Shown piece by piece: positions 10,608 to 23,500 of a DNA stretch of 32,487 nt. Source of the stretch: Basidioascus undulatus (lineage: Eukaryota); the NCBI GenBank assembly GCA_000826855.1, contig JTLS01000091.1, positions 1 to 32,487 on the forward strand. Direction: 5' to 3'. The notes beneath the pieces are model-generated. The model ran no database searches. It was given only the letters and a program-made list of their open reading frames with translations, and was not told the origin of the DNA. The position numbers and the translations under genes are program-made. How positions within the stretch are numbered: the stretch's first letter is position 1; each line of letters begins with the position of its first letter.

Positions 10608-11179
10608 GCTGGGTTGGACGCCGGGGTGTCTTTTGGCGAAAAAGACCGGGAGGAAAGGCGGCGAAGGGGCTATGGTGCAGAGCGTGGTGAGCGTAGCGAG
10701 TCGAAAAGCGCGAGCGGCAAACAGCGCGGGAGAATGGGACGGTTTTGTTTGGCGGATTTGGGCACGCTCGCATGGAAAACTTCTTCTCCTTAGGTCCTCC
10801 GCAACTCATCAGAAGTCTGTAGAAACCAATTTGCATAATAATCACAAGGAGGCGACAATCGGCATGAATGGAAAGCAGCCACTCCTCGAAGGTACTGCGA
10901 AGACTGCGCCGAGCTTGGGAGCGCTGTATCCTTCTCGCCTTCATCATCTACTGACCCTGAACGTCTCATTTTTTACATTCAAAGTACTAACTCTCCAGAA
11001 TCACCTCGATCGGTATCCGTCCCGTCGGAAACTCTTCCTCACCCAATCGAGAGCGGAATACGCGTCCCGACTCGCCTCGAACCTGAACACGCGCCTCCGT
11101 TCGTCTGCCCCCCTCTCGTCTACGGATCTTCCCCTCATGATCACTTCATACGCAGCTATATTGTATGCTCAGCCTCAAA
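10608..11179. promoter_or_regulatory. Putative bidirectional promoter region between divergent pinin and CTK3
   Basis: Head-to-head start codons about 570 bp apart. No specific elements were identified; the call is inferred from gene geometry only. Confidence 0.4.
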
Positions 11180-12173
11180 ATGGACGCCTTCGAGATCCGC
11201 CTCTCCCTCCTCTCGCACCCGCGCAAGCTCAACGCCTCCGTCCAGTCCATCTCCAAGGTCGTCTCGTACGCGATCACCTACGCGCCGCGGTGCGGGGATG
11301 ATCTGTGGACGTGTTTCATTGACGAGTGTCGCAAAGTCCGCAGCCTCCCCTCTCCCATTTCCTTGGCTGACCGGCTGGCGGGCAGGGCGCCCTGAATCAC
11401 CGCATCAACATCCTGCACACCATCGACACGCTCTTGAACAACCCGCCGCTTCCGTCGCCGTATACGGAGCATGTGGCGAGGGATCTGGGGACGATTATCG
11501 GGCTGGTCGTGCCCGAGGGGAGGGAGGGGGTGGTTAATCTGATGAGCGCTATGCAGGTGCGTATGTGCGGATGGCTCCCCCGGAAGATAGCTCATACTCT
11601 TGCTTCGTTTTTAGATCCTTGAGTCTTGGAGGACAAAGCACCTCCTCCCGCCGGGCGTGGTAGAGAACGTCGAAGAGTCCCTGCAAGTCCGGCGAGAATC
11701 GTGCGTCCCTTTCCCCCTCCGTCCACTTTCACACCATCTCACGCTTCCTTTCCTCCACCGCAGACTCCGCTCTGCCCTCCCAAGCAGTGCCGAGCCTTCC
11801 CTTCTCCCTCAAAAAGACATCCTGCGCCGAATTGAAGAAGACCGGGAACGCGTGCGTACCTCCCTCTCCTCCCCACCATCCCCTCCCACCCCATCCCTCA
11901 TCCCCTTCCCCACTCCCTCTTCCTCGCTTCCCGATTGACCCTTATCCCGCCGCACAGCACAAGAGACTCCGCGAACGGCTGTGGGTCATGCCACCCCGCT
12001 CAAGCGACGCGCTGGTGACGCTCAAGCCCGCCGGCGCGCCGGACGAGGACGACGCGCTCGACGTGGAGTTTGAGCAGGCGTGGGAGAATACGAGCGATTG
12101 GAACGAGGATGATGAGGAGGGGGTGAGGGACGATGTCTGGGGGTGGAGGCCGTGGAGTTCGGGGGGTATGTGA
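11180..12173 (+). CDS. CTK3: CTD kinase I (CTDK-I) gamma subunit (5 exons)
   Basis: Spliced product MDAFEIRL...RKLNASVQSISKVVSYA...DDLWTCFIDEC|..LNHRINILHTIDTL...RDLGTIIGLVVPEGREGVVNLMSAMQ|ILESWR...|...DILRRIEEDRER|HKRLRERLW...DVEFEQAWENTSDWNEDD matches the Ctk3 N-terminal (MDxFE, LNAS, NxRINI) and C-terminal (RIEEDRERHKR, EFExAW) motifs. Confidence 0.92.
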
Positions 12174-12811
12174 TTGCTGGACTTAGGATTTCGAGGAGCG
12201 GGAGGGTGTGAGACTCCGTGCGAGTGTGCATCTGGTGCGCTTGGTTTACCGGCGCTCACACTTCAGCCTCGTCTACGGTGTCCGCAGTACGAATAAACCA
12301 TAAATGAGTGAAATCTCGAACGCCGGAGCCAGCCAATTAATCACGGCGGCGTGAGCGACGCGGCAAAGAAAGGGAACCAGCTCCTTTATGTTCCGTTTGG
12401 CGTCCCGCTTTCAACTGCTGCCATCACAATACTTTGCCTCGTCTTCTCCATCTTCCAAAAAAAATCACAACGGAAAAGAGCCTTAACAACAGCATTAACT
12501 CGCAGACCGCCCTCCTATGCTCCAACGGCACTCTCTCGCAGTTTCACGGAAGTTCCTCGGACAGGGCGCGTTCACGGCGCGTTCTCCTCTGAAACGACCC
12601 GGTTTCCCGCCTCGTCCTCATCCTGCCTTTGACCGACTCCGTCTCGGTCAAGCATACTCCGCACCCGCCCAGAATCAGGAGCACAGTGATATTTCCGGGT
12701 TCCCACTCTCGCCAACCTCTTTCCCGCCCTCCGCCGCTGCACCGTACGCTCGCGCCTTCCCTCCCCTGGCCTTCCCGCTGAACCAGAAGTCCCATCTGGA
12801 TCCGCAGCCGC

Positions 12812-15800
12812 ATGTCTGACGAGGACTACGATGCCGCCTTTGGCGCGGCACCCTTCTCCGATGGCGCCCTCGCCGAGATAGACGCCATCGAGCTCGCGTC
12901 CTCGCAGCCCCACCCGCAGCAGCCCTCGGCGGACGGCGAGCTCGCGCCGGAGATGGAAGAGGCGTATGAACTGCTGCGGGAGACCTTTGGGCTGCAGGAG
13001 TTCAGGCTGAAGCAGAGGGAGGTTGTGGAGCGTGAGTCGTTCGGTTGAGAGATCAGGCCGTGTGGGAGGGGAGGGCGAAGGATGGTCGGGCTGAACTGGG
13101 AGGGGGACAGGCTTGGTCGTAAAGAACGAGTCGGCGGTCGCTATATTCCCTACTGGAGGAGGGAAGTCGTTGCTGTACCAGGTGTGCCGCATCTCCTTCT
13201 CCTCTTCTCGGCCGCCCTCATGTCCGTGCTGAGCCCCCTCTGCAGCTGCCCGCGCTCTGCTTCCCCCACCTCACGCTGGTCGTGTCGCCTCTTGTGCGGC
13301 AACTCTGTCGAACTTGTTGTTTGAGTCATCGCTGAAACGGCGTGGGAGCTTCCAGATCGCATTGATGAAAGACCAAATCGACGTGCTGCGCAAGAAGGGC
13401 ATCGCGGCCGCCTCGCTCGACTCGAGCCTCTCCGCGGCGGAGGCGTCGGACGTCCAGCGGTCTATCAAGTCTGGGAAGCTCAAGATCCTCTATGTCGCTG
13501 TAGGCTTCTTTTGCTCATGGTCTCTCATCGCGTCGGAAGCATGCTGAGCGGCTGTCACCTCTTCCTACAGCCAGAGCGACTGAACAACGAGCGCTTCGTG
13601 GGGTGAGGTAAATATCGTATTTGCGTACATTGCGGGGACTGATCTTGAGGTACTTGATCAGAATGATGGCCGACGTCCGCGTCTCCCTACTCGCGGTTGA
13701 CGAGTCACACTGGTACGTTCGGGACGCTCCCCTACATCATGAAGTGCCCGCAGACCTGACCTCGTCTTTCCAGTGTCTCCGAGTGGGGACACTCTTTCCG
13801 CCCAGGTTAGTCGTTGGCGGGTGCTTTGCAGTTCTCAAAGAGTACTGCTGACACGGGCCTTTTGCAGACTACCTGAAGGTTGCCCGCTTCGCTGAGGAGT
13901 GTGGTGCGCATTTTCTCTTCTCACCGTTTAGATAGCAGCGATTGTTACTGAATATTGTTGGACTTCCCATATCTGCAGAGGCGGAGCATATTCTGTGCTT
14001 GACCGCAACCGCTACCACCAAGGTCGCCGACGATATCGCGGCGCGCTTCGGCATGTGCGTGATGTCTTCCCATCCAACAGCCATCGCTCTTCGTATCCCA
14101 ATCACTCCCGGATTATCCAGTCCGCCCGAAGGAATTTTCCGCACGCCCTCATATCGCCCCAAGTCCGCGCACATCCCTCCCCCTACTCCAAGAATCCATA
14201 CTGACCTCGCCTTCCAGCCTCTCGCTCGCTGTCCAATCCGTCCCGAACGACCCGCACGGGGCGACCCGCAAGAAGCTCCTCGTCGACTCTTTCAAACGGA
14301 TTCCTGGCGCGTCGATCGTCTACGTTACGACGCAGCTGGACGCGATGACCGTCGCGAGGCACTTGAGCGATGCGGGCTTGCATGCGAGACGTGAGTGGGG
14401 CGGCGGATGAATCAGAATGCAGGGGATGTGCTGATGCTTTGGTCGCGGCGGTCAGCGTATCATGCGGGGCTGCCGCACGGTGAGAATCACGGAAATACCT
14501 TTGGGACAACCGAAAGCACGCCCTGACGTGCTGTGCGACAGACGAACGAAAATCTACGCAGGACTGGTTCATGGATCCCAGCACTGTAAGCAACTCTATC
14601 TCTCTTCCTCTCTCTCGAGACTTATTCCTGAACCTTTCTCGCAAAGGAAAACCCGAGTCCGTCGCTTCGCTTCGGATCTTCAGAGCGTCGACACTCGCTG
14701 ACGTTCCCCATGATCAGTCGTTGCTGCTACGATAGCCTTCGGCATGGTATATTCCAGAGCTCCTTTCTCGCACAGCGCAGTGGTTGATGTGTGCTCGGAC
14801 ACAGGGTATCGACAAGAACAACATCCGGAACATCATCCACTACGTCCGTTCAGCGCTCAATTGTACCTCGCGCCGGAAAAGCAACTGACCACAAGATCAC
14901 AGAACCTGCCGAAATCGATTGAAGGCTACTCGCAGGAGATTGGCCGCGCCGGCCGCGACCGCTTGCCATCCCGTTGTCTTCTGTTGCTCTCCGGATCAGA
15001 CACCATCACGCTCGAGGTGCGTCCCTCCGCAGCTTCTACCTGTCGCTTGTCTGATTGCTTTTCTCGTCTTCTCTCGCCAGAGCTTCGCACGCGGTGACAC
15101 GCCGTCGAAGGAGGCTGTGGTCTCGTGGCTGCGCGAGGTCTGCTCAACCGAGAACCAGTCCAAGAAGGTCGGCGAGGCGATGCACTTCTCGCACTACGAC
15201 CAGAGCACGAAGTACGACATCAAGGTCAGCCTCTCGCTCCCTTCAAACGACACTAATTTGAGGGACTGAAAGTGCGATGCGTTACAGACCGGCACCATCA
15301 ACATGCTCTTCGCTCACCTCGAGCTCACGTACGACTTGTTGCGGGCCATCACACCCTGTGAGTGCACCTTTATCAGATGTCGGACGGACTGGATTACTGA
15401 TCGTTTTATTCGATGTTCAGTCTACGAGACGTACAGCCTCCGCGAGCTGATGGCCGGCGCGGTCCGGTCCGACAGCTCAACCGTCGCAAAGGCGCTCGTC
15501 TCCTGCTTCCAGCCCAAAGCAGTGCGCTCTTCTTCGCCCTTAGAAATGCGAAGCACCTTGCTGATTATTTATTTGTACTCTTCTGCAGCTATGGACGCAT
15601 GTCGACGTCACGCAGGCCGCGGGCATTGCGAATGTCGACCGCACCATGGCGGCTGCTAAGCTGCAGGAGTGGGAGAGCAAGGTGAGACGCTCTCGCCATC
15701 AACAGTGCAGTCTGCGGTAGGTTCTGACATGCTGCGTTTTTTCCAGGGATGGATCACGCTCAAGGCCGAGCGCGTCCGTCACCGCTACGCTCTGCGGGCG

Positions 15801-16683
15801 AAGCTCCCGACGGACGTTACCAAGATGGCCGAAGAGCTGTACCAGACGCTCGAGGATAAGGAGCAGGACGAAGTGGAGCGCATGCACAAGGTCCGATAAC
15901 TCGCAGTCGCCCCTTTAAGTGCGCTGTTCATCATGCTGGCGAGGCGCCACAGGTCATCCAACTGGCGACTTCCTCAACATGCCTCGCGGCCGGCTTGTCA
16001 GAGCACTTCGGGGACGTCGGCCAGCCAGCTTGCGGTACTTCTAGGCAGCGCTCGTTCAATTATACTTGATTGCTGACAGTATCGATTGCCGAAAGGCCAA
16101 TGTTGCGTTTGTCGCACCGGCGGTGTTGGTGCCACTATCGACCTGCAGACCCACCCGGACGTCGACAAGGCGCGGTGGCAGGCACTGCTAGCGGCGGTTC
16201 CCGACAGGGACGAGCCGCGTCTCCTGTGCCGGGTTGCTTTCGGGATTTCCAGGTGCGCATTCACGAATGATCCATGCTCTATGCGCTAGGCATTCTGGTT
16301 ATTGTTGGTTCCATGTCCAGCCCGCGAATCACGAAGGCTAGGTACTCCAAGAGCGATGTACGCCGCATATCTGAAGCATGGCGAATCTTGGAGCCCGGAC
16401 ACTGATCTACATTTTGCAGGTCTTCGGGAGCATGGTCGACGTACGCTCATCTAAGCAATTCACAGACAAATTCCGTCCAGCGTTGCTGACGTTAGCCTCC
16501 TCAAAGCACGACTTTGGCACGCTCCTCAAAGCGGCCCACGCCGCGTGCGTCGCGGGCAACTGGCAACCGGCGGCTGCGCCCGTGCCGGCGACGAAGAAGC
16601 GGACGGCGAGCAGTGCGCCCGCAGGTGCGAAAGCGCCTGCGGCCAAGAAGGCGAGCACCAGTGCGAGGGGAGGGACGAAGTGA
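12812..16683 (+). CDS. RecQ-family ATP-dependent DNA helicase (about 27 exons)
   Basis: Helicase motifs are recovered across introns: FGLQEFRLKQ, PTGGGKSLLYQ, VVSPL|IALMKDQ, YVA|PERL, AVDESH|CVSEWGHSFRP|DY, LTATAT, YHAGL, ATIAFGM|GIDK, GYSQEIGRAGRD. Zn-binding cysteines appear as TCLAAGLSEHFGD...ACG|QCCVC. I counted 26 in-phase GT-AG introns. Stop at 16681-16683. Confidence 0.95.
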
Positions 16684-17288
16684 ATGCTGTCTGCAGGAGG
16701 GTAGAAGACATTGGATGGCGGCCCAAGGCGTTGGCATTGCCGCGTCGTTAGATTCTACATCATTTGTGACTTGACTGCATGTTCAACTTCCCATGATCTT
16801 CTGTTGCATGAGTATGTCTATCTTCCGTAGACCTTGTTGAGCAGTTGCATTTGCCGCGATGCTCGCCTTGCCTAGGGCCGACGCGCACTACGGCTCATGC
16901 GCAGCGAGTCGGTGTTACCTATTTGCTGGCTGCCAACTGTACTCCGCATTGCCACGTGCTGAATGCGGGCCCGGAGTTTACTCTGCATCTTATACGACTG
17001 AAGGAGAGACAGAAGTGCAATGGCGGAAGTTCCCAGCTGACGGTTTGACCACTGTCACACATCTTGCAAACTATTATCATGTTGTTCAAACCTGCTCAGA
17101 TTATGAGTTCAATATTTTTTTGTTCATGTTGACTTCTGGTGCGGCTTTTGCGAACTAGCGGTCTGCAACGCCTGCTTGCGAGGTCAGAGGAGCGGGGACA
17201 GGGAGCGCCCGCTTGCCGGTCTTGAAATGTTGGCCTGTCAGGATGAGGCGGTTATATGATCAGAGTGGGGGATTGTTAGAGAGGCAGG

Positions 17289-18084
17289 CTGTGAGACGCA
17301 TGGAACGAGAAGAAAGCGCATGAAATGGTGACTTGATGAAGGCGTGGGGTGTTTTGCATCCGGGGAGGAATCGGATCTGCAGCACTCGCAAGAGAACGAC
17401 AGGTCAGTAAGACTGAAAGTGGGGCATCTCAACGACATAGAGAGGGAAGAGTTCAGACTATGGACCCAGAGCGGTCAGTAACTCGGCGCTACCTTCCTCT
17501 TATCGTCCGGCCCACTGGCGGTGACCCACAATCGCGTGCATGCCACTATATTCGCAACCTGCAGATGGGCCCGCACTGCTTGAACTTCGGTGAGGCTGCC
17601 ACACTTGCCGCGAGGGAAGAGTGAGGTGTTTTACAGGAGTAACCGATGAAAGGATGCAGCATCCGCCGGCGCCTACGTTGACCTTACCTTTCAACCTTAA
17701 AAAAAGCAGTACACTGAGTGCCGGCACAACTGAGGTGTTAACAGTCGAACCAGGTATCTGGAGCGTACTTGACCGCCGTGATATAGGCCTTACCAAAGCA
17801 TATTTTCGGTGCAGCAAGCAGGGAGAGAAGGACACCTGTTTCACACATCGCAGCGTGGAGGTGCGAGTGCTGGTAAGAGTAGTTGGGCGTGGGGACCCAT
17901 TACGAAGTAGGACCTCTGTAACTGTTTTCTGGTCTGTTTGACCAAACTATACCCATTTTTACGCAATCGCAGCCTGTGAATCTGAACCATGGCAACATGT
18001 CAACCGCTTCGTTGACGTGCACGAACCGACATCTCTACTCGTCTGAAAACTGGGAACTTCTTCATCACGCCCATGACTGGGCAT
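17289..18084 (-). repeat. Diverged dispersed repeat, copy 2 (inverted relative to copy 1)
   Basis: The reverse complement aligns collinearly with 7624-8457 using the same anchors. No tRNA-like head is visible at its 5' side. Confidence 0.85.
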
Positions 18085-19669
18085 CCCGTGGCGTGGTATC
18101 AGTGTTATGACTTCCAAGATCCTATAAAAAACTTTCCATACAAGCTTTATGTAGAGTCATTCAGTGCAGACCATTCTTTTCATTGGGGTTGTTTACATCT
18201 CTAGGGAAAGTATGCTAGGTGATCCAAAAGCTTTTTCAAACAATCAAACACTTTGATCACCGACAAGGATCACGACTGCCAGGCACCTGCACGCACGGGG
18301 CAGATCGAGAGCAATGGGACGGCAATGCTAAGCAACTAAAGAAGACTACATGCACTACAAGTTTTCTAAAGGTAGCCCTCCTCCTCTTGGCTGCCGAAAC
18401 TCCATTAAAGGCCTCGATAGTGCCACGCCAGCTGCTTTCAGACACAGCTACAGGGCTGTATGTTGTACGGAGACAGCAAGCCTTCCCAAGGGTAGTCTCA
18501 TCTACGTTCCGCTTCACACAGTTGCCTTCTCTGGAGAAAATTAGTGCAAGGGTGAAAGGGGACCCTTTTTTGTAGCATTGTGAGCATAGCATGTGTCGAC
18601 TTTCTCTACTGCACACTGGAATGACCCCCCAGTCTCCGGCCTTGCAGTATGGCGGCCTTCGAGGCACCTACCTCCTTCTTTCCTTTGGTATGCCCTTGGA
18701 TGCCGAGATTATAATTTCTTGCTTACAGGGGTTGGCTGGCCTGTTTGGACCGTTGTGCCTGCTTTTAAAAACCTGGCTCAGCCGTTCTCTCTGCCCTACC
18801 AATTGGCATATGAAGAGGTGCCACTGAGCGGCCTGAAAGATCATTTCAGTAATTTCTTTCTTTCTATGAGACTCTCTTTGATCCGGTCAAGATATATTTA
18901 GGCCACTCACTTGGCAGTTTGCTTCGAAGTTCGATACGCTTCTCATTTGTCTACGAAATTTTGTAACAAGGTTGGAATTGTATAACGGTTAGTACATTGG
19001 ATTCTGATTCCAAGGATCTGCGGTCACTTCCCAGTCCGACTTTACTTTTGCTTTTGGGCCGCAGGGCTTTCCAAACCCCGAGCTTCGTGTACATCGGAGC
19101 ATGTCACGCCGACTAGGCTTGGTACACGCAAGTTGTGCTACCTTGCCATGTTCTTCTCCAACCCATCTTCGTTTCAAACAATTGGCATTCATTACCCTAG
19201 CCACCGTGTAGATGATGTGGGGCGAGCCGCACCGCCGGTGGCTCTGGCTCTTACACAATGTGCCAAACATAGGAGCTGCATTCTTTCTCAAGATTCCATG
19301 GGTCAGGCCACTATGTCAACATCATAACCTCTCCGCAACTGCGATTTGATTTCCGTTCCAGCGTTAGCGCGCATTGCTGCTTATGGGTCTCTTCCGGCTA
19401 AGTATCTTAACTTCCCCGGTGTAAAGCTCTCGCTGTAGCCTGCTCAGGTTGAGAAGTTCTGAAAGGTTACGAAACTTTCGAAGCACAGTTCAGTTTAAAT
19501 CCCAGTGCGGCCCAATTGCACCGCCACCGTTGCAGGCCACACCGTGACGTGTTGTCCGTTGTCCGCTCCCCGAGTCTCGTCGCAGAACCACCGCCCTCTT
19601 GTGTGCCACCAATCCGTTTTCTGCCCGAGCATCTCCCTCTACCCCCAAACTCGTAGAGCATTTTCAAAT

Positions 19670-20400
19670 ATGGTCCTCCAGCCACTGTTCCCTGACAATC
19701 ACGCGCTCATACATCGCCGAGGCCGGCGCTCTCTCGCACCCACTCGCGTACACCAGAGATGCCGCCACCCTGGCTTCCCTCTGCCTCGTATCGCGCTCCT
19801 TCAACACGCTGGCATGGCGCCTGCTCCACTCGTCCATCACCCTTTCAAACCGCAAGCAGCTTTCAAGGTCGCAAACACCGCCGAAACCAACTCGCGGCTT
19901 CTCACTCTGACATAGTCGCTTCTCACTTCGCACGCCCCCCTCTCCTGATCTTTTTTCGTGGATGCAGAACCTGCGGAGCCTCTACATGGAGTCTGAACCG
20001 CTTGGAAACCTCGGCCCTTTGCTCTTTGGAAGAATGCTCGATGTCGTACCATGATCTTGCCGCGATTTCTCAGCTCGCATTGAAGACTATTCAACGCCTT
20101 GCGCTGGTTCGAACTTGCGAGCGAGGTGGATGCGCTGCTCGCAATGCCTTACCTCACTCATGTCGCTATCCACGCTTCTTCTCATCATAGCGGGAAATAT
20201 CTGAGCGGCATCTCCCGGTTCGTGACCACGCGCCTGCGCTGGCAAGCAACGGCGAGATTGGTTTCTCAGTGACGGCCCCATGGACATTTGGCCTCCGGCC
20301 TTTTCCACGTTCGTGTGACTTCTACAAAGGGAAGTCGGGGCTCTGCCTCCAGTAGTCCAGGCCCAAAGAAAGACGAGAAGGTGTGCCTCAGGTTTAACGC
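19670..20400 (+). pseudogene. F-box/LRR-type protein pseudogene
   Basis: Consecutive fragments in different frames: MVLQPLFPD / ITRSYIAEAGALSHPLAYTRDAATLASLCLVSRSFNTLAWRLLHSSITLSNRKQL / FKVANTAETNSRLLTLT* / NLRSLYME / TIQRLAL. LxxLCLVSRxF..A..LL..I.L is typical of basidiomycete F-box proteins. There are several frameshifts and a stop. The 3' limit is approximate. Confidence 0.65.
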
Positions 20401-20542
20401 ACAGTGTGAAATGCCGGTCAAGTCTCGAGGATGGGGAGCGTAAAACAACCAAATCGCCAATTCGAGATAAGTTCAAGCTAAGTGACATTTGAATTCGTCA
20501 CTATCGTGACCTCGTTTGTGCTCGTGCGTGTGCGGTGAACTC

Positions 20543-23500
20543 TCACCAGCACCCCTCGTCGTGATGCCCACCCCCAGCGAGCGCCCTGCGACCCTGCAAA
20601 ACCTCAACCAGCCCCCTGAGCGACTCCCAGGCGTTCCCCGTACCCCGTCTGTTCTTCCTCTGCGGACCAGGAGGAACAATTCCTAGTCAGCTAAGAGCGT
20701 CTTCGTACTTTGAAAACAATACAAACAGGCTCACGTCCTCCCTTGCGCGCACTTCCGCAATGCTCGAGAAGCGTACCTCCTCGCCCTCAACGCCCGCGAC
20801 AGCGGCCCCCTTCTCTTCATCCTCCTTCTCGTTCCAAATGCCAACGGGGATGAGGTCCCGGCTTAAACCGCGCTTCGCAGCGCGGCGGTGCTCCTCGAGG
20901 AAGCGCACTGCGCGCACGGCCAGCCGGGCAGCACGCGTACGGTCGAGCGGGGAGGGGACGAGGCCTTGGAGCGTGTGGCCGAGGATCGCAGACCGGGCGT
21001 CAAAGAGGTCCCCGCCGCATTCGTTTAGGAGAGCAGTAACGTGCTCGGTGGTATAGACGGAAGAGGCGGCTTCGTTTCTGCGGGTGTAGCTCCTGCCTCA
21101 GCTCCGCGATCCTGCGAGAATTGATAGTCTGAGAGCGTACCGGATGAGCAGCCGACCCTCGTTCTTTCCCTTCGCGTCAAGCTCAAAACGCTTGCGCAGG
21201 AAAGCGCAGTCCTTCTCGAGCAGGTCGAGCGAGATGCCGACTTCTGGGGTGTAGACGATCGAGGCGGACGACTGTGGACATCGAATTAATGCAGTTTTGA
21301 CAGAAATCAGTCACTTGTAGAGGTCGATCGGGAGTTGGTTAGAAGAGAACCGTACAGCCAAAGCGCCGACAGTTGCGAGATAGCCGGAACGGCCGCCTTG
21401 CGTTTCGACAACGAACGCACGGTTGCTGTGAAAAATAGATTCGCAGTCAATGCCTCGCCTTTCGCCGGTGATGAAGAAGGATTATCTCACTTGGAAGCGC
21501 TTGCGCTCTGGCGGATCACGTCGCAATACTCTACCAGGGTATTCAGACTACGGGGGGTTGAAAAGATGTTGAGCAGCAACGCTATAGTGGAAGCGGGCCT
21601 GCTTGCCTACCTCGTGTCGCTGCCGATCGAAGCACTCGTTCCGGGTACCTACATGCGCAAAAGCCTGTTCAGCGTACTGCCCACATCAACCCAGGCAATA
21701 GGACTCACGTTATTGCTGATCGTAGCCGGGGCGATGACGAGCGGGCCTCTGAACCAAGGCCAGTCCTTCCTTCCCTTAACTATCTGCTTACCAGCCTCCC
21801 ACGCCTCCCACCCGCCCACAATGACCAGTCCCTGCACGCCCCACTCCTGCAGCTTCATCGCGACCTCGCCCAGCCCGACCTCGCTCGGCAGCGTCCGGTC
21901 CGTCCCGATGTCGCACCCTCCACGCGAGGACCAAAAATCGACCCGCAGCCATGAGAGCGGGCTGACGCGGTCGGCGAGTAGGCCGGGAATTCCAGAGTGG
22001 ATCGCGAGCGGGGTGTGCCCGCGCGCCAGGGCGAACCGCGCGAAGGAGCGGACGAAGGCGTTCATACCGCCCGCGGGAGCACCGACGCTTTATTGTGGGG
22101 AGATGAGTCAGTACGACACGGCCCAAAGCCTTCGGCAGCGAGAAGATTCAAACGAACTGAACGACTGCGATGCGCATTCTCTGGAAGAGGCAGCAAGGTC
22201 AGCGAGAGCGACACGCAGTCCGTGAAAGCAAGCAAGCGCGCACCTCTGCCTCAGGCAGCCTCCAGTCCTCCCCGAAGTGGCTGAGATACTCGAGCGTCTC
22301 AAGCGCTTCGTCGAACTCGGGGCTGCGTAGCCTCCGAATGGCAGCAAAGTCCTTCGCGGCGTTCGCTTTCTCGATCTGGCTGATCTGTTCGGAATTACGG
22401 TTGAGCTCAGTCTGCTGACTAGATTGTCGATGTAAGATACGGACAATATTGACTGCCTTGGCCAGCGGGACCTTCGTAACCTCCCCCGCCTTCCAGGCAA
22501 TCATGTACGGGGGTTGCGGATCGGTCGCCTCGAGCGAGTCGAGCGAAGCTTGGACAGCGTGTACGCCTTGCAGGGTGGCCTGTCGCCCACCAGCCGAGCC
22601 AGGTAAGTACCATTCTTCTCGCTCCTTTTCTGTCAAGGCGTACTCGGCTAACGTACCAACATGCGGTCAAACGCGCACGGCTTGCCCCCGCGCTGGACGT
22701 GGCCAAGCTGGGTGATGCGCGTATTCAGTCCGAGCCGGTTGGTGAGTAGCTCAGCGACCTCCGCAGACTTTCTAATCATCGTAAGAGCCAGGTCAGTCGG
22801 TGAGGATGAATATAAATGGGAACCGCGCCGCCGTACATCGGTTTCAGATGCGCATCCCGGGCGCCTTCGGCGACGAGGACGATCGTGCGGCGCTTTCCGA
22901 TCTCGCGCAGCTATGGAAAAATAGCGAAACTGTCAAGTTAAGTTCCGCCCTTCATGAATGCTTGGAAGCGAAATCAGATCGCACCTGCTTCAGTTTCCCG
23001 CACATGAGCTCCTTCCAGTCCGCGGCAGCCGGCGGCCTTTCGGGGATGAACAGGTAGTCTGCTCCGGCGCTGAAAGTCGGAAAGCCAGTTAGTGAGATTG
23101 CAGAGAGAGAATGAACTGCGGTGATTGGCTTACGCTATACCAGCTTGCAATGCCAGCCAGCCCGAGTGCAGTCCCATAACCTCGACGACGAAAACGCGCT
23201 GGTGCGAGCCGGCCGTTGTGGAGAGGGCGTCAACGGCCTCACTGTGAACCAAAATATGGGCCTTTGCCCTAAGCAAAAAAGGAAGACAAGTACAGCTGAA
23301 GGGGATTTGACGAACCAAATGCGAAGCACTGCCGTCAGAGCGCCGATTGTCTGGTCGGTCAAAGCCGTGTCGTTGTCTGGGCTTCCAGCAGCGGACTCAG
23401 TCAGCAAATGTTTAGGTTTGAATTATAGAGACATCCCACAGATCGATGCGACCACTCCAGTCACAGTCAGCTTTCTGGGCTTCTCGCCAAGCTCCTCTGC

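Noticed and set aside
11180..11240. CTK3 reads LSHPRKLNAS, with Pro in a predicted helix where Leu is usual
   Set aside because: A single substitution that cannot be judged without an ortholog alignment; the rest of the gene is intact.
18100..19400. Possible transposon (RT, integrase or transposase) remnant in a lower-GC stretch
   Set aside because: I found no RT, RNase H, integrase or DDE motifs, LTRs or TIRs in the frames I read. It may be decayed coding sequence but I cannot assign it.
21335..22225. 296-aa plus-strand ORF, and similar ORFs at 23121-23768, 10561-11301 and 12572-13192
   Set aside because: These are shadow frames of the GC-rich PFK, pinin, CTK3 and RecQ genes with no independent motif support.
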